DNA from: a virus
Taxonomy: Duplodnaviria > Caudoviricetes
Virus record (IMG/VR): IMGVR_UViG_3300020577_004340
Span: 32,001 to 96,000 of that record
Length of the DNA: 64,000 nucleotides
Direction: 5' to 3' (one strand)
This document shows positions 1-9,498 of the stretch, in pieces. Below the pieces are notes generated by a model. It made no database searches and was not told the DNA's origin. It saw only the letters and a program-made list of their open reading frames with translations. Position 1 is the stretch's first letter; every line of letters begins with the position of its first letter. Both the position numbers and the translations under genes were made by a program.

Positions 1-603
1 AAATTTAAACGTAATTCTACTGCAACGTATGTAGCTGGAGGTGCTAGATTTGGGGGGTCATCGAAAGATGACAAGACTGGATTAGCCAGTATCGAAGCAA
101 TGACGGTTGGTGAAATGAATTCATATCCATTTTATGCAATTAATGTAAAGGTAGACCCCACATCAAAAACTGTAAATACCGATTTTAGTGCATCTATGGA
201 AGCCAATTACAGATTACTTGATAAGAAAAAATCTGAATACAAACAGAAAATAGTGGATATTAGAGCGGCTGCAAGAAAGGATGTAAAATATCCAGATGAA
301 TTGACTGATGGCGCAAATAAATTAGAAGAGATAGGTAATTTACTAACTAATTTATTTGAACTAGTTAAGAAAAATCCTGCTAAATACGCATCTTCGACTT
401 TTGGTAAGACAACGACATACGGCAAGGGGATGAGCTCTAAATCATACTATACAGATTTTTTGACTATGTATGCTAAAGTAGCTCGAATATTAGAAGATTC
501 GGCTACACTTTACACAAAAGGGGCTGATTTTTCAACTGAGATGAGACGTTTTGATACAGATGCTACTGACTTAATACAACGATTACAACGAGCACTTAAA
601 TAA
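1..603 (+). CDS. hypothetical phage protein, 5'-partial
   Basis: Frame is open from base 1 into the 100..603 ORF; its stop overlaps the next ATG. Confidence 0.6.
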   Translation, partial: KFKRNSTATYVAGGARFGGSSKDDKTGLASIEAMTVGEMNSYPFYAINVKVDPTSKTVNTDFSASMEANYRLLDKKKSEYKQKIVDIRAAARKDVKYPDELTDGANKLEEIGNLLTNLFELVKKNPAKYASSTFGKTTTYGKGMSSKSYYTDFLTMYAKVARILEDSATLYTKGADFSTEMRRFDTDATDLIQRLQRALK

Positions 604-1139
604 TGCCATTATACACAAAAAGAAAAGATGCTGGCCTTTTAAAAGGCATTAACCGTGAATTACTTCATAGAATAGTTTCTATTGAATTGGCGGTATATCA
701 ATTAAATTTGTCAGCATCTCCGACAAATATATACGGAGAATCATCGAAAAAAGCATATAATCCGCCGGTTAGAATTATCGCTTTACCTAGTATAGATCCA
801 AAATCAACATCAGGTGAAAATGTAGTGGATTATGTACAAACGACACGTTTTGCAATGATGGCATCCGATTTAAAAGAAGCTAACCTTGTTATAGAGGCGG
901 GTAATATTATTGAATTTAATAATAGATTCTATGAAGTGGATAATGTAATTGACACACATTATTGGTCTGGTAGAAACCCTGAGACGTTGTTCAATGTAAC
1001 AGAAGATAAAATGGCTGAATATGGATATAATCATTCAATTTCTATAGAATGTCATTTAACTAAGTTATCAAGTATATCTATTATAGATGTTCATACTGCT
1101 ACTACTTATGAATATCGACACACAAACAAAATAGTTTAA
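603..1139 (+). CDS. putative neck/head-closure protein (T4 gp14-like)
   Basis: NIYGE motif, size, and position in head/neck module. Confidence 0.55.
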   Translation: MPLYTKRKDAGLLKGINRELLHRIVSIELAVYQLNLSASPTNIYGESSKKAYNPPVRIIALPSIDPKSTSGENVVDYVQTTRFAMMASDLKEANLVIEAGNIIEFNNRFYEVDNVIDTHYWSGRNPETLFNVTEDKMAEYGYNHSISIECHLTKLSSISIIDVHTATTYEYRHTNKIV

Positions 1140-1202
1140 AGGAAAATGTAATGTTAACATTAAAAGAAAAAAAAATTAGTAAAACAGTATGCTCGTTCAC
1201 TA

Positions 1203-1448
1203 ATGGAATCCCCGGCAAATCAAGCTAAGGAAGATATAATATTGAATGCAATTAGAAAAAGTGGGTTAGCATCAACCGATAATAAAGTTTCTCAAGGAAA
1301 AATGCCCGGATTGTATTCATGTGAATTGAAAGGAAATAGTATAATTGATGTTGATAGATTAATCAACCTTCAAAAAAATTCATTTTCTAAAGTATCTATA
1401 CGTAGTGGTAATGACACTTTGAAAGCTTATTTTAGATTTAATAATTAA
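1203..1448 (+). CDS. hypothetical protein; true start may be ATG 1151 across an A9 run
   Basis: ORF track; AAGGA plus ATG at 1151 joins this frame if one A is removed from 1167-1175. Confidence 0.5.
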   Translation: MESPANQAKEDIILNAIRKSGLASTDNKVSQGKMPGLYSCELKGNSIIDVDRLINLQKNSFSKVSIRSGNDTLKAYFRFNN

Positions 1449-1460
1449 ACAAAATTAAAA

Positions 1461-1796
1461 ATGGCAATAAAAGCAAATTTAGAAGCAAACGACCAGATTT
1501 ATCCATCGGCGTATTATAAAATTAGTAAACTAATATTAGCCACAGCTGATATTGAATCATTTGTACCGGATAAAGATGGTAACTTAGTATTATCATATGA
1601 AAAAATACATGAGGATTTTGCTCATGTTGTTGTATATCTAGATGAAGAATCTAGACGTAAAAATGTGTTTCCGGTGAAAACGTTTGCAATTGAGTTTAAT
1701 TATGATATTAATAATACAAATAATGCCTATCAACAAGCATACGATGCATTGAAGAATGTAGAGGCGTTAGCAAATTCAGAAATCATTGATTGTTAA
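1461..1796 (+). CDS. hypothetical protein
   Basis: ORF in tightly packed + strand operon. Confidence 0.6.
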   Translation: MAIKANLEANDQIYPSAYYKISKLILATADIESFVPDKDGNLVLSYEKIHEDFAHVVVYLDEESRRKNVFPVKTFAIEFNYDINNTNNAYQQAYDALKNVEALANSEIIDC

Positions 1797-2137
1797 TGAG
1801 GAATAATATGACAGCATTTAATAAGAATGACAAAAGAGCTTTTTTAGAGAGACTTAAGACTTTCTCCAGCATGGGTGAATCGATTTATCGTGCAAAAGAT
1901 TTAAAAACTCGTTGTGACGAAGTTAGAAATATAATTGAAATTGCTGAGCAATTGACATTGCAGGAGACTGAAAATTGGTTCGATGATGTGACTGTTAATA
2001 AGCACATGAAGACACTTAAAGAATCATATAAAATCTTTGAGAAAACTACAAACGAAATTATTACTTCACAACAACGTCTAGAATCTTCATATGAAGATAT
2101 TGCGAATATTCTAGAAAGATATTATGATATAGGATAA
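1790..2137 (+). CDS. hypothetical helical/coiled-coil protein
   Basis: ORF in operon; exact start uncertain. Confidence 0.6.
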   Translation: MLMRNNMTAFNKNDKRAFLERLKTFSSMGESIYRAKDLKTRCDEVRNIIEIAEQLTLQETENWFDDVTVNKHMKTLKESYKIFEKTTNEIITSQQRLESSYEDIANILERYYDIG

Positions 2138-2141
2138 TATT

Positions 2142-2345
2142 ATGGGAATTACAGAAACTGTATTAAATGAAGTAGATGATTTACTCATGGATATTGAAAT
2201 ATTAATTGATTCTGATTATGGAAAGGTGGATGTGGCAACCTTTAAAAAGGCATATTCAAATATATCAGATGAATACATTAAGAAGTTTACTAAATTGTTG
2301 ACTACTATTCAAAGGAATGGCAATTTACAAAATACTGGAAAATAA
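2142..2345 (+). CDS. hypothetical protein
   Basis: ORF packed between neighbours. Confidence 0.5.
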   Translation: MGITETVLNEVDDLLMDIEILIDSDYGKVDVATFKKAYSNISDEYIKKFTKLLTTIQRNGNLQNTGK

Positions 2346-2348
2346 ATT

Positions 2349-3530
2349 ATGTACGAAGTTAATGTTAACATATGGCCAGGGTCTTCATCATTTGTAAGTG
2401 GGTCAACTCCATTTGGGTTCTATGATACAGACCCAGCATTTATAAATGATATTGATAAAGTAGCTGTTTGGTGTTCAAGACGGTTAGGGTATCCCATCAC
2501 TGACATTGAATTACAGGATGTTAATTTCTATGCAGCCTTTGAAGAATCGATAATTGAATATTCTTCACAAATCAATTCATTGAATGCTAGAGATAATCTA
2601 CTTCCGATGATTGGTTTACCATCAACAACAAATTTAAGTGGGCAATTAATTAACCCATCTTTACAAGGGATTTTTCGTGTTGCGAAACAGTATGGCTCTG
2701 AAGTAGGAGCTGGCGGTTATCTTACTTATTACACTGGTTCAATATCAATAACAAGAGATAAACAAGTATATGATTTATTATCAGAAGAGATAGATTTAGA
2801 AAAAGGTGATTTTAATACAGATACATTCACGATACGTAGAATATTGTATGAATATAGTCCAGCAATAAATAGGTCAATTGACCCTGGTATAAGTTCTGGA
2901 TTTGTAGATCAACAAATGTTAACACAATTTGGCTGGAGTGGTTTTTCATCTGGTATGAATTATACTACAATGCCATTATATCATGACCTGTTAAAATTAC
3001 AGGCAGTTGAATTTTATGACCAAATTAAAAAATCAGGCTATTCATTTCAATTAACGAATAATAGATTAAGAATATTTCCAATACCGACATCAGATTATAA
3101 AATATTCTTTTTATATACGTTGAACGATGAGATATTGGAAAATTTATCAACTGGTTCCGGGGCATATGATACTACTGGCTCAGGTGTAATTACTGATTAT
3201 AGTAATATTCCATATAATAATATTCCATATACATTAATAAATGATATTGGCAAAACTTGGATACGAAAATATACATTAGCATTATCGAAAGAAATGTTGG
3301 GGTTGGTTAGAGGAAAATATTCAGCAATACCAATACCAGAAAATGAAATCACACTAAATGGGGCTGAATTAGTTAGTTCCGCCCAAACAGAAAAAGATAC
3401 TTTGATTCAAGAATTAAAAGATACATTGGAATCAATGGGAAGGCAAGCACAATTAGAACGTAAGACAGCTGAATCAGATGCCTTAACATCTCAAATTAAT
3501 AAAGTTCCAATGAAAATATATATTAGATAA
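2349..3530 (+). CDS. neck protein (T4 gp13-like head-tail adaptor)
   Basis: RRLGYP..DIEL N-terminus; WIRKY.LAL.KE.LG..RGKY..IP....TLNG C-terminus. Confidence 0.7.
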   Translation: MYEVNVNIWPGSSSFVSGSTPFGFYDTDPAFINDIDKVAVWCSRRLGYPITDIELQDVNFYAAFEESIIEYSSQINSLNARDNLLPMIGLPSTTNLSGQLINPSLQGIFRVAKQYGSEVGAGGYLTYYTGSISITRDKQVYDLLSEEIDLEKGDFNTDTFTIRRILYEYSPAINRSIDPGISSGFVDQQMLTQFGWSGFSSGMNYTTMPLYHDLLKLQAVEFYDQIKKSGYSFQLTNNRLRIFPIPTSDYKIFFLYTLNDEILENLSTGSGAYDTTGSGVITDYSNIPYNNIPYTLINDIGKTWIRKYTLALSKEMLGLVRGKYSAIPIPENEITLNGAELVSSAQTEKDTLIQELKDTLESMGRQAQLERKTAESDALTSQINKVPMKIYIR

Positions 3531-3536
3531 AAATAA

Positions 3537-3568
3537 TTTGGAATATTACAATAATATTAATAACTTTG
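3537..3568 (+). promoter_or_regulatory. Bacteroidota-type housekeeping promoter
   Basis: TTTG-N20-TAACTTTG, matching the -33/-7 consensus. Confidence 0.75.
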
Positions 3569-3596
3569 TAGTATTATTTTAAAAATAAAAAATGTT

Positions 3597-3962
3597 ATGA
3601 GTGTATATAAAGAATTAAGATCAGTAGTTGATGTTATAGAAAAAGGCAGTAAACAAATTTATACTGATTCAATTGATTTTGGAATGCCAGTAAAAAGTAA
3701 AACTGACCCAATTGTGAAAACAATTAAGGGGATAATAACTCAATATAAACCAAGTGTTGATACACACTGACATGGAACCGGGTCAACACAAACAATTACA
3801 TTTAATGGTGGTGTTGGGCAATATATTGAGGCTGGAGATTCTATTATTAAGATAATATACACTACTACAAGAAAACATTCATCTGGTATAATTGGATATA
3901 TATCTGTTGAGGGAAATACTCCACCGGAGATAAAAAAACGAGCAAGAGCAATGGATTATTAA
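3597..3962 (+). pseudogene. 121-codon reading frame with a single in-frame TGA (3768-3770)
   Basis: ATG 3597 lies behind a consensus promoter; 57 codons, TGA, then 63 further open codons to TAA. Confidence 0.55.
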
Positions 3963-4018
3963 ATAATTTAGTTTAAAATAAAAAACATAAATTATTTTAT
4001 ATTTATTTATAAAAAAGA

Positions 4019-4249
4019 ATGACGAAATCGGAAAAGAAATTTTTATCAATAACACCAGGAACATTGGGCGTAAATGTAATTAATAATGATATTGCATTTG
4101 CATTAAGAGAATTTAAATCTTTAATGAAAAGAAGTGGAAAATTAAATAATATTAAAAAATGTTATGTAAAACCATCAATACGCAGAAAAGAAAAATTAGA
4201 TTCAGCAAAGTTTAAACAGTATTTGAAAACGAAGAGGGAATTATGTTAA
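4019..4249 (+). CDS. rpsU: phage-encoded ribosomal protein bS21 homolog
   Basis: V.NNDI..ALR.FK..MKRSG...YVKPS.RRKE pattern; basic 76 aa; directly upstream of scaffold and capsid genes. Confidence 0.8.
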   Translation: MTKSEKKFLSITPGTLGVNVINNDIAFALREFKSLMKRSGKLNNIKKCYVKPSIRRKEKLDSAKFKQYLKTKRELC

Positions 4250-4422
4250 ATAAACTTGAAAAAAGAATTACCAAAAGACCCAACAATCGATGATTTAGAA
4301 ACAGTATTAGATAAATATGGATATTCCTCAGTTTTTGATTGGGTAAATTCCTTGTTAAAATAACAATTAATCGATATTTTCTAGATTTTTTTAAAAAATA
4401 TTAATGTTTTGAAAAAAACTTT

Positions 4423-4431
4423 ATATTTATA
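4423..4431 (+). promoter_or_regulatory. candidate late promoter ATATTTATA
   Basis: Same motif precedes sheath, tube and other structural genes. Confidence 0.5.
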
Positions 4432-4529
4432 TTAAACAATATACCATATTCTTAATATATGGTTACACATAAAAAATCCTACCATTAAGATTCCTAATAA
4501 TCTTATATTTACAATACATAGAGGTATAA

Positions 4530-5414
4530 ATGAAGAAACCGGCAAAATCAACATTATTGTCCGAAGTAATCGCAGATGCTAAAGCAGTAAAACATACAGC
4601 TGAACAAGCAGCATTCTCAGCGTTAAAAGAGGCTTTCCAGCCAACCATCAATCGATTGGTTTCAAATAAATTGGCAGAAGAAGGTGAATTAGATGATGAA
4701 CCAGAAACTGATGATATCGATTTAGATTCAACAGAATCACCAGAACCACCAGCTGCAGAACCAACTCCAGAAGAAGAAGACTACATGGAAGACGAACCAG
4801 ATGAAGATGATGTTGACTTGGAAGAAATTTTGAGAGAACTGGATGGCGAAGATGATGAGGAAATGATGGATGAAGAAGATGACATGGAAGGCAACGAAGA
4901 TTTATTTAATGAATCAGATGATGCGGACGAAGACGATTTAGATGACTCAATTGATGAAATTATCAATGAAGTTGAAGATGAATTGGAAGAAGAAGACGAC
5001 ATGGAAGACGAACCAGCTCCGTCACCCGAAGTAACAGCTGAAAGTAAAAGATTACGAAGACAATTAAAGAAGACTAGATTAGACTTAAAAGAGGCGCATC
5101 TTGCAATCGCTACTTTAAAAAGTGCATTGACAGAAGTTAACATTTTAAATACTAAGTTGACATATGCAACAAAATTATTGAAAAATAATAATTTAAGTGA
5201 AGCTAAACAAACTGAAATTTTAAAATCGTTTGACAGAGCAAAAACTATAAGAGAAGTTAAGTTAGTCTATGCAACGATTGTAGAAAGTTTGAAGAAAGTT
5301 AAAACACCTACTATTAAAGAATCTATTAATAAAACACCTAAAGCAGTTAATCCAAATGGCAGTGATTTCTATTCATTCGCACCAAGATGGAAAGACTTAG
5401 CGGGTATTAAATAA
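4530..5414 (+). CDS. prohead core/scaffolding protein (gp22-like)
   Basis: Long D/E-rich tract, coiled coil, C-terminal RWKDLAGIK; immediately upstream of MCP. Confidence 0.8.
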   Translation: MKKPAKSTLLSEVIADAKAVKHTAEQAAFSALKEAFQPTINRLVSNKLAEEGELDDEPETDDIDLDSTESPEPPAAEPTPEEEDYMEDEPDEDDVDLEEILRELDGEDDEEMMDEEDDMEGNEDLFNESDDADEDDLDDSIDEIINEVEDELEEEDDMEDEPAPSPEVTAESKRLRRQLKKTRLDLKEAHLAIATLKSALTEVNILNTKLTYATKLLKNNNLSEAKQTEILKSFDRAKTIREVKLVYATIVESLKKVKTPTIKESINKTPKAVNPNGSDFYSFAPRWKDLAGIK

Positions 5415-5443
5415 TTAAAATAAAAACAGAAGGAAACTTATAA

Positions 5444-7096
5444 ATGGATATATCAAAATTAGCGCCGGGTAACTTGGCGGAACAAAAGAAAAAAGAAGCC
5501 ATGTTGTTAGTTAGCAAGTGGGCTAAAACAGGACTTTTAGAGGGCTTAGCTGAAAAAGATAAGGGAGCGGTAGCTACATTATTAGATAATCAGGCTAGAC
5601 AATGTCTAAAAGAGGCGAATAACACAAGTACACAAAATGGAGCTGAAGCTTGGAATGGTGTTGCATTACCATTGATTCGTAGAATTTTTGGTGAAATTGC
5701 ATCAAAAGAATTCTTATCAGTTCAACCAATGAATATGCCTTCAGGCCTTGTATTTTGGTTAGAATATAAATATGCAACTGGACAACCAGGTTATACTACT
5801 AATTCTGGATTAGGTTCACAAGAAGATTCAATCTGGGGTGTAACTGATGCTAGAAAAGGTGATGTGGCTGGAACAGGTGGTTTATATGGTGCTGGAAGAT
5901 ATGGTTATTCAATTAATGATTATAGTTCAAGTGCATTTAGATGTAATGAAACAGCATCTGCAGGTAATATACTAGCTGGTACTGGTTCAGTTGAGGCTTG
6001 TAATTTAACATCAGATATTAATTTTAATTCTGATTTCAGTGGGTCAGTAGTTAACGCTGCTCAAATTAAGAAAATTATAGTTCCAATATCTGGAAGTTCA
6101 CCGAACAACAATATTACAAACGCAGACCCATTGGGTGTAAGAGCATTTACAATTTCTGGAACTGGTATTAACGAAATATATCAAGAATTTACAACTGTAT
6201 CAAGTGATAGTAAGACGGTGACATTTGTGGTATCAGGTTCAATTACTTCAGCAACTGATGTTGTATTGTATTACCATAAACAACCAACTGATATTACTAG
6301 AGGTGATTTTGAGGACAGTAAGACACAAGAAAATCCATTGGATATTCCAAGTTTAGACTTACAATTCCATCAAGAGACAATTGTTGCTAAAACTAGAAAG
6401 TTGAAAGCACACTGGACACCAGAATTTGCACAAGACATTAATGCGTACCAAAACATTGATGCTGAAGCTGAATTGACTGGTATTTTAGGTGAATATGTAT
6501 CACAAGAAATTGATTTGGAATTATTAGATATGTTATTGGATGGGGCACAATCTAAAGATTATTGGTCAGCCAATTTAGGTTATGTGTACAACGCTGGTAG
6601 CAAATCATTTAGTCAAGTAGCAGCAAATGTTGCAGCATACAATCAAGGAACATGGTTCCAAACATTGGGAACTAAAATCCAAAAAATGTCAAATGAGATA
6701 CATTCATTGACACTTAGAGGTGGAGCCAATTTCTTAGTTACTAGCCCAAGAGTTGCAACTATATTAGAATCAATTCCAGGTTATGCAGCTGATACTGATG
6801 GCGATAAAATGAAATTCGCAATGGGTGTTCAAAAGATTGGTACTATTAACAGTAGATTTACAGTATATAAGAACCCTTATATGAGAAGTAATGTTATTTT
6901 AATGGGTTACAGAGGTGCTCAATATTTGGAAACAGGTGCTGTTTACAGTCCATATATTCCATTGATGATGACTCCAACTGTTTTAGATCCAGATAACTTC
7001 ACACCAAGAAAGGGTATTATGACAAGATATGCTAAGAAACTATTAAGACCTGAATTCTATGGTAAATTATATATCAAGGATTTAGATACGGTGTAA
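5444..7096 (+). CDS. major capsid protein (T4 gp23 family)
   Basis: VQPM..PSGL.F, AKTRKLKA.WT.E.AQD, Y.PYIPL, F.PRKG.MTRY motifs. Confidence 0.95.
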   Translation: MDISKLAPGNLAEQKKKEAMLLVSKWAKTGLLEGLAEKDKGAVATLLDNQARQCLKEANNTSTQNGAEAWNGVALPLIRRIFGEIASKEFLSVQPMNMPSGLVFWLEYKYATGQPGYTTNSGLGSQEDSIWGVTDARKGDVAGTGGLYGAGRYGYSINDYSSSAFRCNETASAGNILAGTGSVEACNLTSDINFNSDFSGSVVNAAQIKKIIVPISGSSPNNNITNADPLGVRAFTISGTGINEIYQEFTTVSSDSKTVTFVVSGSITSATDVVLYYHKQPTDITRGDFEDSKTQENPLDIPSLDLQFHQETIVAKTRKLKAHWTPEFAQDINAYQNIDAEAELTGILGEYVSQEIDLELLDMLLDGAQSKDYWSANLGYVYNAGSKSFSQVAANVAAYNQGTWFQTLGTKIQKMSNEIHSLTLRGGANFLVTSPRVATILESIPGYAADTDGDKMKFAMGVQKIGTINSRFTVYKNPYMRSNVILMGYRGAQYLETGAVYSPYIPLMMTPTVLDPDNFTPRKGIMTRYAKKLLRPEFYGKLYIKDLDTV

Positions 7097-7118
7097 CCGT
7101 TATAAACCGAAAAAATCG

Positions 7119-7151
7119 CCCCTATTAAGAAATTAGTAGGGGATTTTTTTT
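7119..7151 (+). terminator. intrinsic terminator after MCP
   Basis: CCCCTATTAA-GAAA-TTAGTAGGGG hairpin followed by a T-run. Confidence 0.85.
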
Positions 7152-7175
7152 GAATTGTCGTAAAATAATATTATA

Positions 7176-8720
7176 TTGTATTGTATGAATAAAAAATGTT
7201 TAATGTGTGGTACTGTATTGACTGTAAAACAAAAACAATTTTGTTCAGTTCAATGCAAAAGTAAATCACAAATTAGAAAGGTGGAAATTGATACAACAAA
7301 ATTGTTTAGATGTAAATTAACTGGAAAAACCGTGTCACTTGGTTCTAAAATGTCCGGATACTTAACTAAATATTCTAAGACAGTTTTGAATAAAGAATAT
7401 GATTCCGATGATTGGGAAATCATTGATAATATTATTACTGTTGTACCCACAATGAGTTGCCCGATATGTATGAGATGGTCAACAAAAGACGTACAAAACA
7501 AATCAGGATGTTTAACAGCACATATTAATAAAGAGCACAAATTAAATATAGATGAATTTTGTACAATTTATCCAGAATTCAAACATCTTTGGTCAATACA
7601 TTGGAAAAAACAAACATACAATGAAGAATTAAATATTCCAGATAATAATATACAATGTTTGGAGTGTGGGAAATTATTAAAAAAGATAACATGTACCCAT
7701 TTAAAAAAACATAATATGAGTAATTCCCAATATTCAGATAAATATGGTGTAACCAATCTATCGTCATTGAACACTAGAAAAAAATTACAAGTATTATATG
7801 CAAATAATGATAATTTATTAGATACTAATTGGAATTCTAAAGGACAGATTGAGATACAAACGTTTATTAATGATTTAGGATTTAAGACTGTAATTAGAAG
7901 AAAAGATCACGTTGAATTAGATATATTCATACCAGAAAAAAATATAGCTATTGAATATAATGGTTTATATTGGCATTCCGAATTTCATGGTAAAAAAAAT
8001 AAATTATACCATGTTCATAAAACTGATTATTGTGAAAAAAATGGAATTCATTTAATACATGTATTTGAGGATGAATGGTATAATAAAAATGATATTATTA
8101 AATCCAGAATTAAAAATATATTAGGAATTAATACAGAACGTATTTATGCTAGGCAATGTACAATACAACCAGTTTCAGGTATAGACAAAAAAGAATTTTT
8201 AGATTTAAATCACATTCAAGGGCATGATAACAGTTCATATTCAATCGGATTGTTTTATAAAACGGATTTGGTTTCCATAATGACTTTTAGGAAGCCGTTG
8301 GTTAGTATGGGGCACAAAAACACGGCTAATAATATAATTGAATTGTCTAGATTTTGCAGTAGATTAAATACAAATGTAATAGGTGCGGCAGATAAATTGT
8401 TTAAATACTTTTTAAAGAATAATACTGAATACGATACAATAATTTCATATGCAGATAGACGTTGGACAACGACAATACGAGAGTCTGTATATGATAAATT
8501 GGGTTTTGTTAATATTGGAAAATCTAACCCAAATTATTGGTACATGAAACGGCACAAAATTAGATTATCAAGATTTAATTACACAAAAAATGCAATATTA
8601 GATAAATTTCCAACTACCTCCCCTGAATTGACAGAATGGGAAAATATGTTGAAGTTAGGTTATGACAGAATATGGGATTGTGGGACATTAAAATATAAAT
8701 ACGATGTGAAAAATAATTAA
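7176..8720 (+). CDS. free-standing putative homing endonuclease (Zn fingers, PD-(D/E)XK/Vsr-like core, extra C-terminal domain)
   Basis: Multiple CxxC/H motifs; ELDIFIP...IAIEYNGLYWHS; LIHVFEDEW; ISYADRRW...RIWDCG tail. Confidence 0.7.
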   Translation: MYCMNKKCLMCGTVLTVKQKQFCSVQCKSKSQIRKVEIDTTKLFRCKLTGKTVSLGSKMSGYLTKYSKTVLNKEYDSDDWEIIDNIITVVPTMSCPICMRWSTKDVQNKSGCLTAHINKEHKLNIDEFCTIYPEFKHLWSIHWKKQTYNEELNIPDNNIQCLECGKLLKKITCTHLKKHNMSNSQYSDKYGVTNLSSLNTRKKLQVLYANNDNLLDTNWNSKGQIEIQTFINDLGFKTVIRRKDHVELDIFIPEKNIAIEYNGLYWHSEFHGKKNKLYHVHKTDYCEKNGIHLIHVFEDEWYNKNDIIKSRIKNILGINTERIYARQCTIQPVSGIDKKEFLDLNHIQGHDNSSYSIGLFYKTDLVSIMTFRKPLVSMGHKNTANNIIELSRFCSRLNTNVIGAADKLFKYFLKNNTEYDTIISYADRRWTTTIRESVYDKLGFVNIGKSNPNYWYMKRHKIRLSRFNYTKNAILDKFPTTSPELTEWENMLKLGYDRIWDCGTLKYKYDVKNN

Positions 8721-8727
8721 TGAAAAA

Positions 8728-8759
8728 TTTGGATAATACATAAACACTATATATATTTG
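8728..8759 (+). promoter_or_regulatory. Bacteroidota-type promoter
   Basis: TTTG-N20-TATATTTG. Confidence 0.75.
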
Positions 8760-8779
8760 TAAGGATAAAACTAAATAAA

Positions 8780-9034
8780 ATGAAAAGGTTCAAATTTACA
8801 TTAGTATATAAAGCATTTGGTGCTAATATCAATTTACCAGTTACATTCGAATATTCGGGTTGGAGGTATCCATCAAAAAGAACTCCACAAAAAGAAATAC
8901 TTAGCATTATAAGTTATGATACGAGTGATATTGACATTGCAACCATTGGATTAGACAATTCGTTTACTTATGGGTTAAAAGGAGATGTAATTAATCAATT
9001 ATATTCAAATTATTCAGAATGGCAAGAAATATAA
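8780..9034 (+). CDS. hypothetical protein
   Basis: ORF behind promoter. Confidence 0.55.
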   Translation: MKRFKFTLVYKAFGANINLPVTFEYSGWRYPSKRTPQKEILSIISYDTSDIDIATIGLDNSFTYGLKGDVINQLYSNYSEWQEI

Positions 9035-9045
9035 AAACTGAAATT

Positions 9046-9198
9046 ATGAAAAATAAAAAAATTGTAAAACGACAAAAAAAATCTCTTGAAGATAAGAAAC
9101 CTATTTTAACCAAAAAAGACTTGAAAATTACTAAACTATTTGATGAAATTGATACTGGCGTATCATATGATGATTTGTTAGAAGAATATGGCTATTAA
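9046..9198 (+). CDS. small basic hypothetical protein (50 aa, not in ORF track)
   Basis: MKNKKIVKRQKK...DDLLEEYGY fills the gap between neighbours. Confidence 0.4.
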   Translation: MKNKKIVKRQKKSLEDKKPILTKKDLKITKLFDEIDTGVSYDDLLEEYGY

Positions 9199-9242
9199 AT
9201 TTGTCAGAGAATTTATATTTATTAATATAATATAGGATTACA

Positions 9243-9497
9243 ATGAGCGTATTTAACGAAGAATATATTCAGGAAATCGTTGAGGTAACTGTTCCATTCC
9301 CATTTATATCAACCAACGAAGTTGGGGAAACGACGGCAATCACAATGGTTAACGACATTCAAGGCGAAGATATCAATGGTATGCCAATGATATTAGAATT
9401 AGAAACGGAAACTGAATATAGTTCAACATATGCTACATATCAATTAGTATCCTCGACGAAAGAATTTAAAAATAATAACGTAGTACAGGAAAATTAA
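9243..9497 (+). CDS. hypothetical protein
   Basis: ORF with upstream AGGA. Confidence 0.55.
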   Translation: MSVFNEEYIQEIVEVTVPFPFISTNEVGETTAITMVNDIQGEDINGMPMILELETETEYSSTYATYQLVSSTKEFKNNNVVQEN

Positions 9498-9498
9498 A

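Noticed and set aside
4690-5030. GAA/GAT-rich repetitive DNA
   Set aside because: It is the coding acidic tract of the scaffold protein, not an independent repeat array
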